In this document: in pieces, positions 36,912 to 45,707 of the stretch
Numbering within the stretch: position 1 is the stretch's first letter
How the letters are laid out: each line of letters starts with the position of its first letter
IMG/VR virus record: IMGVR_UViG_3300028392_000041
Coordinates: 47,828-111,827 of that record
From: a virus
Strand: one strand, 5' to 3'
Length of the DNA stretch: 64,000 nt
Position numbers and translations under genes: made by a program
Notes under the pieces: model-generated
What the model saw: the letters and a program-made list of their open reading frames with translations, nothing else
The model's database searches: none
What the model was told of the DNA's origin: nothing

Positions 36912-37026
36912 GAATCTTATCTAACCTGCGCAATGCTTTGTTTGTTTTGCGATGCGCACCAGCTTTTCTAAACAATGCCAGAACAACGAACTGGTTGCGT
37001 TGCTTGGCGATCATCTTTCGCTTCAT
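36886..37026 (-). CDS. Small basic protein (46 aa) whose stop lies inside tRNA-Lys (not in ORF track)
   Basis: AGGAG SD; MKRKMIAKQRNQFVVLALFRKAGAHRKTNKALRRLDKIRGYNLTEK*. Confidence 0.75.
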   Translation of the reverse strand: MKRKMIAKQRNQFVVLALFRKAGAHRKTNKALRRLDKIRGYNLTEK

Positions 37027-37044
37027 CGTTCTTCTCCTAAAAAT

Positions 37045-37120
37045 TGGTACCCCATAAAGGAATCGAACCTCTACCTCTGCGTTCGTAGCACAGTATGATT
37101 ATCCATTTCACCAATGGGGC
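37045..37120 (-). tRNA. tRNA-Arg(ACG)
   Basis: Loop CT ACG AA; CCA. Confidence 0.9.
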
Positions 37121-37126
37121 ATAATA

Positions 37127-37202
37127 TGGTACCGAGAGTAGGACTTGAACCTACCACACCTTGTGCTTCAAACAAGTGCTCTACCAGATGAGCTACCTCG
37201 GC
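37127..37202 (-). tRNA. tRNA-Phe(GAA)
   Basis: Loop TT GAA GC; CCA. Confidence 0.9.
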
Positions 37203-37210
37203 AAAAATTT

Positions 37211-37285
37211 TGGCGACTCGTAGGGGAATCGAACCCCTGTATCCTGTTAGACAGACAGGTATAATGACCATTATATGAACGAGCC
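37211..37285 (-). tRNA. tRNA-Asp(GTC)
   Basis: Loop CT GTC TA; G73; CCA. Confidence 0.9.
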
Positions 37286-37292
37286 AAAAAAC

Positions 37293-37381
37293 TGGTGGAA
37301 GTGGTAGGATTCGAACCTACAGCGTTTCTTATGTGGCGGATTTACAGTCCGTTGCCTTCAACCAATTCAGCACACACTTCC
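37293..37381 (-). tRNA. tRNA-Tyr(GTA)
   Basis: Long variable region; CCA. Confidence 0.9.
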
Positions 37382-37388
37382 AAAACTT

Positions 37389-37464
37389 TGGTACACCATG
37401 GGGGAATCGAACCCCTCCTTTTGTCTGTGAAAGAGACATGTCCTAACCGATAGACGAATGGTGC
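37389..37464 (-). tRNA. tRNA-Glu(TTC)
   Basis: Loop CT TTC AC; CCA. Confidence 0.9.
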
Positions 37465-37469
37465 ATATA

Positions 37470-37706
37470 CCAAACTAAAATACACTGGGATGATCAGCAA
37501 CAACCATCACCCGATGGCTAACCACGCTGTCGTCCAGCGATTGGTCGCTTCTCACATTACATTCCAACTTTCTCCAGCGTGACCACCGTATCCGTCTTAC
37601 GACTTCGTTTCCATCTTTCGTGTAATCTAGCGAGCGATACTCCGTCGAGTATCCTGAACTCCTAGATCACCTACTGGTTTTGGTAACCCAATGTATTTTA
37701 GTTTGG
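37470..37706 (-). ncRNA. Unidentified structured RNA (about 237 nt) between tRNA-Gln and tRNA-Glu
   Basis: 20-bp closing helix with one U-G pair on the - strand; several internal hairpins. Confidence 0.75.
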
Positions 37707-37777
37707 CAGGGGTACTTGGAATCGAACCAAGAACGACGGAATCAAAATCCGTTGTGATACCACTTCACTATACCCCA
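37704..37777 (-). tRNA. tRNA-Gln(TTG), first tRNA of array
   Basis: Cloverleaf; G73; CCA. Confidence 0.9.
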
Positions 37778-37792
37778 ACAACTATCGCGAAA

Positions 37793-37805
37793 TTTTTAAA
37801 GAGCA
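37793..37805 (-). promoter_or_regulatory. rrn-type boxA antitermination element
   Basis: TGCTCTTTAAAAA just before first tRNA; one mismatch to TGCTCTTTAACA. Confidence 0.75.
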
Positions 37806-37812
37806 GGATTGA

Positions 37813-37841
37813 ATTATACATCGAAACGAAATATAAGTCAA
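37813..37841 (-). promoter_or_regulatory. Proximal sigma70 promoter (P2) of tRNA array
   Basis: TTGACT-N17-TATAAT. Confidence 0.8.
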
Positions 37842-37869
37842 TCAATAACCCTACAAATTAGTAGGGTAT

Positions 37870-37909
37870 AAAACAAAAAACCCTCGGGACTTTCATCTCC
37901 GAGGGTTTT
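37870..37909 (-). terminator. Intrinsic terminator of putative attenuator
   Basis: AAAACCCTCGG...GAAA...CCGAGGGTTTT followed by TTGTTTT. Confidence 0.88.
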
Positions 37910-37934
37910 GGTAAATAAATTTGTAGTCTAAGAC

Positions 37935-38060
37935 TTACTTACCAAAACCCCCTGAATCATTCTCAATCGCATATCCTAATGATGATACTGTGCGTGAGCA
38001 TGTCCAGCCACTAAACAGTGGGAGCGGATGCTTCTGCATGGATATCGATCTTAGTAACAT
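37935..38060 (-). CDS. Putative attenuator leader peptide (41 aa, all 20 amino acids; not in ORF track)
   Basis: MLLRSISMQKHPLPLFSGWTCSRTVSSLGYAIENDSGGFGK*; AAGGA SD; 3' end is antiterminator strand. Confidence 0.8.
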   Translation of the reverse strand: MLLRSISMQKHPLPLFSGWTCSRTVSSLGYAIENDSGGFGK

Positions 38061-38110
38061 TTGAAAATTTATTCCTTGAAAATTTGATAAGAACCTAAGT
38101 CCTTATCGTT

Positions 38111-38150
38111 TATTTATAGTAATTATACACTCAATTTGATTAAATGTCAA
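38111..38150 (-). promoter_or_regulatory. Tandem sigma70 (TTGACA-N17-TATAAT) and T4 late (TATAAATA) promoters (P1) upstream of leader
   Basis: -35 at 38150-38145, -10 at 38127-38122, late box 38118-38111. Confidence 0.85.
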
Positions 38151-38574
38151 TCTTTTTTACATTTATTTTGCAACTATTCAGAAAATTAATTCCGTCTTCA
38201 TCACGATACGCATCACGATAATAGACTGTGTTTATTCCTGCGCCATGAACCAACTTAGCGCAATGAATACAGGGAGCATGGGTGCAGAATAGAGTACTAC
38301 CATTGCCACTTTCTCCATCACGAGCCAACTTGAGTATAGCATTTGCTTCAGCATGAATAACCTCATCTTTCGTTTTCAAAACAACAGTATCATCAGACAA
38401 CTGAACCACATTCTCGCATTCATTTGTCCAACCAGCTGGCATACCATTGTAACCAATCGAGATAATACGATTATCCTTGACTACGACAGCCCCAACTTTC
38501 AATCGCTTCGCTGAAGACAACTGAGCAAATCGTTCAGCTGTATCCATGAAGGCATCAACCCACTTCTGTTTCAA
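38140..38574 (-). CDS. cd: dCMP deaminase
   Basis: GYNG, HAEANA, PC..C. Confidence 0.92.
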   Translation of the reverse strand: MKQKWVDAFMDTAERFAQLSSAKRLKVGAVVVKDNRIISIGYNGMPAGWTNECENVVQLSDDTVVLKTKDEVIHAEANAILKLARDGESGNGSTLFCTHAPCIHCAKLVHGAGINTVYYRDAYRDEDGINFLNSCKINVKKIDI

Positions 38575-39189
38575 TGTACTACCTCTTCAGTTTTCTTCAT
38601 TGGTTGGTTAGAAATCTCAGAACACAATGTTCTAAAATCTTCACCAGCACCAAGTGAGTCACAAAGCAACATCATTCGAGCCAACATCACTGCGCTCATG
38701 CTCAAGGCACTCATCTTATGTTGTTCTGCCCATGTAATCATTGTTCCGTCAATTTTCATTGACAATGCAATCAAATCTTCATCAGTCATTTGTGTTTTCC
38801 CATCCACTGCATTAGTATATCTCGTGCTTGGTGTTTAGTCAAACCAAACTCTTGCTGAAGATAAGGTGCTGCGCCAAACATGTTGGTGACACCACTCTTA
38901 CGCAATTGTTCCAAATAATCAAAATACTGTTTCATTTCGCCATTACCTTTCCAAGTAAAGATTTTGCTTCATCAAAATTATCCAACTTTGCTTCAATCTC
39001 AAGCATCTCTGCTTTCAGTTTCAATTCACGAGAGTATGCGTCAAGCAATTGCTGAGCATAAACTCTGTCGTCTTCATCAGACTGTTCCCAGAATGCAGTA
39101 AAGTCATCGCCTTTGGTATTCAACAGAAACTCTAAATTATCGCGATCCCAATCGCTGGTAATAAACCCTTTGAATCCTGACTGTATCAT
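38571..39189 (-). other. Three small hypothetical ORFs (38571-38789, 38786-38935, 38932-39189)
   Basis: ATGA overlaps; middle ORF MKQYFDYLEQLRKSGVTNMFGAAPYL hand-translated. Confidence 0.6.
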
Positions 39190-39470
39190 ACTGTTTCCTT
39201 AAAAATGTTAGACCATGTCAACAACTTATTCAGCTTCTCATTTTTCGCTGTCATTACAGCTGACTCACGGACAATCCCATTGTCAATAAGCAAGTCAATC
39301 ATGCACATTAAATCGCCAACTTCTTCTTCAAGATGTTCCCGATTTGTCAAACCCTTGTATTTGTCTGCGGTACCAAACCGAAACACTTTACTAATCGCCT
39401 GAGTTACCTCGGCACATTCTTCTTGCGTAATCAGAAGGATTTCCTTCTGCACTTCATTCATTTCATTCAT
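39186..39470 (-). CDS. MazG-like NTP pyrophosphatase
   Basis: QEECAEV.QAISK..RFG, LEEEVGDL. Confidence 0.8.
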   Translation of the reverse strand: MNEMNEVQKEILLITQEECAEVTQAISKVFRFGTADKYKGLTNREHLEEEVGDLMCMIDLLIDNGIVRESAVMTAKNEKLNKLLTWSNIFKETV

Positions 39471-40088
39471 CAATACCATATTCACTTTCTTCATCATAAA
39501 CTACAAAAACATCATCTTCAAATTCGTCATTCTGTTCGACTGCATCATAAACCATTTCCAATGGAACATCAAGGATCGCCGAGACGGAGATAGGTTTCAA
39601 CCCTTCGTCAAGTAAATCCATAATTTTCGCATGTAAATCTGCAACTTGCTCTTGTGTCATACTGGTTCCTCAATTTTTACAAGATTACCAACTCGCTCAT
39701 CCCAGCGTTGTTGAACAATTTCGTTCACCCATTCAACTGGACAACCCAAGTCATCGGCAATTTCTTGACAAGATTTGTAGTTGTGTGGACCACGAAATGT
39801 GTCAAGCGAGTAGTGGATATTTTCCCAAAGATCTTTCATCGCAGCCATGATTAAACCCTTTCTTCCATTTTTGCTTCCATAATTTCACCAAGGATAAACT
39901 TCGCAACATTCATCTGTTTACGAATATCTTCCTTGCTGAACCCATACTCAAGCATATGCTGGCAGTCAGACATTATACCCATCACAACCATTTCAAGACC
40001 AGACAACTTAGCAGTGATGCTATTCATGTACTGTTCGCGAATGTCAGACTCAGGCATGCCGTAGCAGTTCTTTTCAAATTCAGTCATT
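39463..40088 (-). other. Three small hypothetical ORFs (39463-39660, 39657-39848, 39851-about 40088); first two HTH-like
   Basis: Packed ORFs behind promoter 40118-40146. Confidence 0.55.
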
Positions 40089-40213
40089 TTCAGTTCCTTT
40101 TTAATCATCATAAGATAATTATACTTGATTTCTGAATTAATGTAAAGCACTATCGTGAAAAACCCTACACTCGGTAGGGTTAATAAAAATGGTTTAAAAA
40201 CAAAGACTTAGGA

Positions 40214-40636
40214 CTACTTTTTGGCTGGTTTTTCCGTTTTTGGGATGAAACCATTGTCCTCAGCCCACTTTTTAGTGAGTTTTGGGTAAAGTTTGTTGAG
40301 TTTTTGGTCTTTGATTGCAATAAGCATTCTGGCTTCGTCTTCATGGATACCTTCCATAAGTCCAACGAACATCTGCTCACGCTGAAGTTGTTTCAAGTCA
40401 GCACGACAAAACACATAGAATCTACGCAATTCTGTGTATAGGTTTGTTGGTGTCATACCCAATGGCTCAGCTGATGTTTTGTATGGTGGTTCACCATCAG
40501 GCAACAACCATTTTTTATCGGGCATATACGCATACTCAAAAATAATTTTAAGTGCTGGGATACGATCCTTGAACTTGTCAAGATTCTTTGGGTCTGCATT
40601 CATAGCAGACAAAATTTCTGTTAGTGGCTGTGCCAT
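40214..40636 (-). CDS. T4-like phage hypothetical protein adjacent to rnh
   Basis: WLLPDGEPPY, REQMF..L.EG.H..EA..L...KD. Confidence 0.7.
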   Translation of the reverse strand: MAQPLTEILSAMNADPKNLDKFKDRIPALKIIFEYAYMPDKKWLLPDGEPPYKTSAEPLGMTPTNLYTELRRFYVFCRADLKQLQREQMFVGLMEGIHEDEARMLIAIKDQKLNKLYPKLTKKWAEDNGFIPKTEKPAKK

Positions 40637-40637
40637 T

Positions 40638-41510
40638 TTAAAACTCCTCTATTTCGTCAAGTAACAACCGACATCTGTTGGCAATGAGATAATTCATAAT
40701 TGCCATCTTGTCGCCTTTTGGTTTAATACTTAGGTATGTATCAAGGATCACTTTCTTAATGTCATCAGGAATGTGATCAAAGTTTACCAAAATCTGATTG
40801 CGTTGCCAGTTGCGTCTTTCTTCATCATTGCGACAAGCAATAAATCCATCAGCCATAAACTCAGCCAATCGTTTAGAGGACACAGGTGTCTGCCGACTAC
40901 CAACAACAAAACAATCATCTTTACTCAGAATATTTGGAATACCATCACCAGTATCACCCTTAACAATGTGAGTAATATAGTTTTCATGAATCTCAGACTT
41001 CTTGGCAGTAATCATCTTACGCAAGAGAGGGCTGTACTGTTTAACATTGTCAAACTTATGCAACTGTTTAAAGTCTTTGTCGCTTGAAACAATCATCACA
41101 TTTTCATTGAACCCAAACTCTTGAGTCTGTTGTGTCAGAACCGCAATGATGTCATCAGCTTCGCACTGGTCAAGATGCATAACTTTGTATGGAAAGAACT
41201 CAATCAGTTCCTCACGAATTTTACTTAGCGTGTCAAAAATCATGCCCCAATCTAGATCGGATGCGTCACGATTTTTCTTGCGACTTGCTTTGTAGTGTTC
41301 AAAGTACTGACGACGCCAGTAGTTACGCCCATCACAAGCAATGACAATATCACCATAGTCTTTACCATACTTTTTCTTGTATGATTTGATGGTTGATAGA
41401 GTCGCATGGCGAATCAAGTCAGTTGTTTGTTTAGCATCGCCTGACATCAGTTCCTTCTTGAAGGATAGGATGTTAGCAAGGGAAACCTGCGAATAGTCAA
41501 TTAGAATCAT
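40638..41510 (-). CDS. rnh: T4-type RNase H / 5'-3' flap exonuclease
   Basis: MILIDYSQ, YWRR..F..YKASR, EADDII, SSDKDF.QL, GD.GDGIPN. Confidence 0.93.
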   Translation of the reverse strand: MILIDYSQVSLANILSFKKELMSGDAKQTTDLIRHATLSTIKSYKKKYGKDYGDIVIACDGRNYWRRQYFEHYKASRKKNRDASDLDWGMIFDTLSKIREELIEFFPYKVMHLDQCEADDIIAVLTQQTQEFGFNENVMIVSSDKDFKQLHKFDNVKQYSPLLRKMITAKKSEIHENYITHIVKGDTGDGIPNILSKDDCFVVGSRQTPVSSKRLAEFMADGFIACRNDEERRNWQRNQILVNFDHIPDDIKKVILDTYLSIKPKGDKMAIMNYLIANRCRLLLDEIEEF

Positions 41511-41511
41511 T

Positions 41512-42624
41512 TTAAAATACTTTCAACAGGATACATTCTTCATTCACACGACCATTAACAGCAGCCTGTTTAGTGGTCAACGCTTTAAAAGCAGCAGACA
41601 GTGGACGCTTGCCCATCGCAGCATAATCTTTTACCAACTCTGGCTTACGCAATGTTTTGCTACCAGAAGTCGTTACTTCATAACCAATAATCGTAGTGCC
41701 CTTAACACTCAAACCCTTCGCATCGTTGGCACGATAGACCTGAAGTTTCTTGTACTTAGTATTATACACCCACAGTTCTTGACTGTTGATGATAGTCGTC
41801 GCAAGCACAGACTTGATGCCAAACTCAGGGAATTCCTTCATGAACTTCATCTTCTCAACCAACTTACCAGCTGGTTTCTCTTTACGAAGTCTTGGTGCTC
41901 GAGTTGCTTTGGCAACCTGAACTTGAAGACCACACGCTTCGCCGATAGACTTATACAAAGCAAGCATGTTTTTGATCTTTGTTTTCTTGAGGTGACTATA
42001 ACCTTCGTTGAGTTGTTCGTCATTACCTTCAAGGACTTCTTCCAACTCAGCAATCGTTTTGTCAAACAGAGGTGCGATAAGTTTAGCAACTGGTCCACTG
42101 ATTTGATAGTGTTTCAATTCTTTGACAGCATCGAACTTTTTATCCTCAAGGACAAAGTCGTCAATCATACCTTCGAATTCACCTGCCATCTCGCGAGCCT
42201 TTTCCATCATGCGCTCTTGAATAGAGATGACATTGCTTGCTGCTTTCTCAGCCTTTTCTTCATCAGACACAACAACCACTGCTGGCGCAACTGTGTCTGT
42301 CAGTTTCTTGATGGCATTGGTAAGATATAATTCCTCTTTCTCTTCCAACTCTGAACCACCATCTTTAAGACGAGCAAGGATACCAGCGTGACGGAAAAGT
42401 TTCTCGTCAAGTTTGTTCAACTGCACAGCCAGTTTCTTGTCGGTCTTAGCAATGTGACTTAGTAGCCATTTCTTTTTATCTTTGTCATCATGACTCGAGT
42501 TGTAAAAATTCAAGGCAATAATGAGATCACGCTTGTATGATTCAGGTCGGAGTTGTTGCTCCGACCCTTTCGCCATGCGTTCTGCTTTAGCAATAATCTC
42601 GTTTCGTTTAGCTGTTGTAGCCAT
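41512..42624 (-). CDS. Hypothetical protein (370 aa)
   Basis: Long ORF with GAGGAG SD and own promoter; LWVYNTK, VKGTT, KTLRKP, NGR.N. Confidence 0.7.
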   Translation of the reverse strand: MATTAKRNEIIAKAERMAKGSEQQLRPESYKRDLIIALNFYNSSHDDKDKKKWLLSHIAKTDKKLAVQLNKLDEKLFRHAGILARLKDGGSELEEKEELYLTNAIKKLTDTVAPAVVVVSDEEKAEKAASNVISIQERMMEKAREMAGEFEGMIDDFVLEDKKFDAVKELKHYQISGPVAKLIAPLFDKTIAELEEVLEGNDEQLNEGYSHLKKTKIKNMLALYKSIGEACGLQVQVAKATRAPRLRKEKPAGKLVEKMKFMKEFPEFGIKSVLATTIINSQELWVYNTKYKKLQVYRANDAKGLSVKGTTIIGYEVTTSGSKTLRKPELVKDYAAMGKRPLSAAFKALTTKQAAVNGRVNEECILLKVF

Positions 42625-42682
42625 AGGGTATTCTCCTCAGTTAAGTATTAATTATACCCTATTTACGAATTAATGTCAAGCA

Positions 42683-42871
42683 TTATTTTTTGAACGACAA
42701 CCCAGTGGATCCACCGACTACACCACCGAGGATCAGCGCAGCCATCCAAGTGTCTAGTGTCAGTGGAATATTCAACACAGGGAATAATGTGTTCAATGAC
42801 CAAATTGTTGCAACTGGGGCAAGAATTATTAGAGCAACAATAACTACAAGTGCGATTCCGATTTTACCCAT
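42683..42871 (-). CDS. Small membrane protein
   Basis: Two hydrophobic segments; IWSLNTLFP. Confidence 0.6.
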   Translation of the reverse strand: MGKIGIALVVIVALIILAPVATIWSLNTLFPVLNIPLTLDTWMAALILGGVVGGSTGLSFKK

Positions 42872-43133
42872 TGTTTTTCTCCTGAACGATTGTTTCATAC
42901 AAGTCTTCAAACTCTTCATGCTCCGCTACTTCTTGAGTGTAGTTTTGCTTATGATATACCCTTGCCATACGAGCAAGGGTTTTCTTTGGAAGTAAAAATT
43001 TCTCTGACATATCCTTGATTGTTTCGCGAATCAAATCACGCTCTGCTTCAATGCGAGTCATTGATCCACTAATTTCAGCAAGTAATTTCTTAATCTTTAA
43101 ACGATCTTCTGGACTAGATACTGATTGTGTCAT
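42864..43133 (-). CDS. dsbA: Double-stranded DNA-binding protein DsbA-like
   Basis: EIS.SMTRIEAERDLI..., MARVYHKQNY..E..E.EEFE.LYE. Confidence 0.75.
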   Translation of the reverse strand: MTQSVSSPEDRLKIKKLLAEISGSMTRIEAERDLIRETIKDMSEKFLLPKKTLARMARVYHKQNYTQEVAEHEEFEDLYETIVQEKNNG

Positions 43134-43462
43134 ACTGTTCCCCATTCAATGCGAGTAATATTACCAGTGTTAAAAGAACGCCACTCTTGTTTCTCTAAAT
43201 CAAATGCAGCAACTGCATCACCTGTCGGTGTTGAACCAGTACCCTTCGGTTGCTTGTCAGCAGGAATCAAGTCATATTGTTTAGTACACTTCATAACACG
43301 ACTCGTACCATCTTTCTTGGTGAAGGTTACAGTAATTGTGCTTTCGCTGAGATAACCACGCAGATATTCAGCGAACTCTGGTTCTTTCATAATTGCTTCT
43401 GGATCTACACCAGATGCTTTTGCTAGTTGAATAAAATCAATCCCACTGTTACTTGATACCAT
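43130..43462 (-). CDS. SH3/WYL_2-like (DUF2693) protein
   Basis: VTFTKKDG..RVM.CT, FDLEKQEWRSF. Confidence 0.75.
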   Translation of the reverse strand: MVSSNSGIDFIQLAKASGVDPEAIMKEPEFAEYLRGYLSESTITVTFTKKDGTSRVMKCTKQYDLIPADKQPKGTGSTPTGDAVAAFDLEKQEWRSFNTGNITRIEWGTV

Positions 43463-45171
43463 AACGAACCTCACCTATGTTTTGAAAAAATTTACAAAAT
43501 TGTAGAAACATTGCTGTATCTAAATTAAATCGAATATCAGATAGCATTTCTGTATCTTGTTTTGTTTCTGAATCTAGAATTTTACGCTTGATAAGAATTT
43601 CATGAAGATCATATTTCTTATCATGCATATGTTCTATTCTAATTTGATAGTCTTCGCTGATATCTAACTCAGCATAAGACTTTACGCTTTGACTAATCGG
43701 CATCACAGGGTATCACTTTCACTTTAATAAAATCACCATCACCATTCTCTACTGGTTCAGCAGATACTAGGATTGGGTGGTTGGTTCCATAGGCTGGCCA
43801 GTTCTTTTTAAGAACATAACCTTCGATAAATTCTCTCTTCACTGTCAGTGTCAGTGTATCTGTTACTGGTTGTTTAGATTGTAGCAAAGCTGGCACCTTT
43901 CTATCATAAGCCATTATTCAATTTTCCTGTTCAAATTCGGTAAGAGATTTTTCTAATGACTTTCGGGCAACTCTAAGACCATATTCCATTTCATAAAGTC
44001 TTCGATTTTGCCGATCCATTTTCTTTCGTTGATCAGACATATCGTCCATCATCTGCTCAAGATCTTTCTTGAACACATCCCAAACTGCTTGTACAGGTTT
44101 TACTGTATACCACTCACCATCGATAAGGGTATATCCATTTTTCTCACGCAACTCATCGGTCCAATTTTTACCCATGATATATGATGGAGCAGATTCTTTG
44201 TATGATTTGAATCCTGAGCCAACGATAAGGTCGTCAATCTTTTGGAAGATATCTGGTAATTGGTCTTTACTATACAACATCTTCATCCCCTTCATCAGAT
44301 TCGTACTGTTCTTCTTTACCCATCATTGCTGCGTGAATATCACACAGAGTTGTATGCCAACCATCAGTATATGTTTTTCCTGGAGAACCACACTGTTCAC
44401 AAGTACGATAACTCATTGACTCTGCAAAACTAATGTAGCTGTAGTGTTTATCAGTTGCAGCTTGAACATAGAATCGAAGTCCACCGAATTTCTCTTTTAC
44501 TTGAACAGCAACTGGAACTTTCAATGTTTCTTCATCGAGTTTAGTTTTGGCTGTATCAATAGATTCTTGTGTTACTGTTTTTGTTCCATAAAGAACATTA
44601 CCAACACCAACTTCTACAAGATGGTCGTAACGACTTTTTGCTCCACGATATTCAGAAGTCAATAAACCACAAAGAGTATCAATAATATTATACCAGCCAT
44701 CACCATGTGAGAATCCCCAACACATAGCTGTGTTCTGCATGTTCTCATTACGATCTTTAAAGATCAGCGGATACTTTGCACAGAGTGCTTCATCTAATTC
44801 TTTTCTCATGACCAAGTCCTATGATCTTCAGCTACATGTTCAAGTCCATCGTACTCATGGATGTGCCATTTGACATCATCTGGAATATCCAAGATTGCTA
44901 GTTCTGATGCCCAACCCCATGAGTCTTTGCCCAACTCTTCAATCACAGCAATCAAATCTGGATCATTGCGCTGTTCATAGAACTCATACTCACTTAGGTA
45001 TGTCGCATCAGATTGTGGACTACCTGCTTTGTAGTAGTCTGAATCATTTCCACGAATTGGATACTTGGCTGGCACTTTATCAAATGCAATACCCTTGCGT
45101 TCAAGCAATTTCTCGAATGCGATATTTGAGATACCGAATCCACCAAAACATCTATTAATTACTACTTTCAT
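43449..45171 (-). other. Five hypothetical ORFs (43449-43706, 43693-43914, 43918-about 44280, 44270-44809, 44806-45171)
   Basis: Packed ORFs; phage-typical motifs QVKEKFGGLRFY and KVVIN.CFGGFG.S. Confidence 0.6.
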
Positions 45172-45647
45172 ACTTCATCCTTGTTTTCTTCAACCCACTC
45201 TTCATGCCATGTCATTAGATCTGCATAGTCAACAACATCTTCAGGCAACGATTCGATGCTTTCGCGATCGCTGATGTCATAGTCATAATAGTCATCGTAG
45301 CCATCTTCGAATTTACCAACGAATCCCATACCACTTTCCCAGTAGTATGCTCTAACATCATAGCCACCTTCTTCAACCATGAATTCATACAAAATTGTAG
45401 GAGGTGCCCAAGCAGAGTCAAAGGAAATCCAAATAGTGTTATCGTCTTCACGATTCCAGTCATGAACCGATGCATCCCATTTGGTGCCCCAATTATTAAC
45501 CGACCATTCATATTGCCACTCACCACTAGGATTTGGGCGAATAGCATTAAACAATTGTTTCGAGTCAGAGTTTAGAGCAGCTTCGATAACATCGATCTTC
45601 TCTTTATCGGCAGTAATCGTCACAGAATTATCACACCAGTTTGGCAT
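45168..45647 (-). CDS. DUF1281/YubB ferredoxin-like protein
   Basis: MPNWCDN, W...NWGTKWD, FDSAWAPP. Confidence 0.75.
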   Translation of the reverse strand: MPNWCDNSVTITADKEKIDVIEAALNSDSKQLFNAIRPNPSGEWQYEWSVNNWGTKWDASVHDWNREDDNTIWISFDSAWAPPTILYEFMVEEGGYDVRAYYWESGMGFVGKFEDGYDDYYDYDISDRESIESLPEDVVDYADLMTWHEEWVEENKDEV

Positions 45648-45707
45648 AGCATTTCCTTTTAATTAATCTATAGAACTATTATACTTGAAGTTTGAATTTT
45701 CGTCAAA

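Noticed and set aside
37490-37690. Hammerhead or group I intron in the 237-nt RNA
   Set aside because: No CUGAUGA/GAAA core in proper geometry and no recognisable P7; the flanking tRNAs are each complete.
37885-37900. GAAAGTCC resembling the RNase P RNA signature
   Set aside because: It is the loop of the terminator hairpin; the other RNase P conserved regions are absent.
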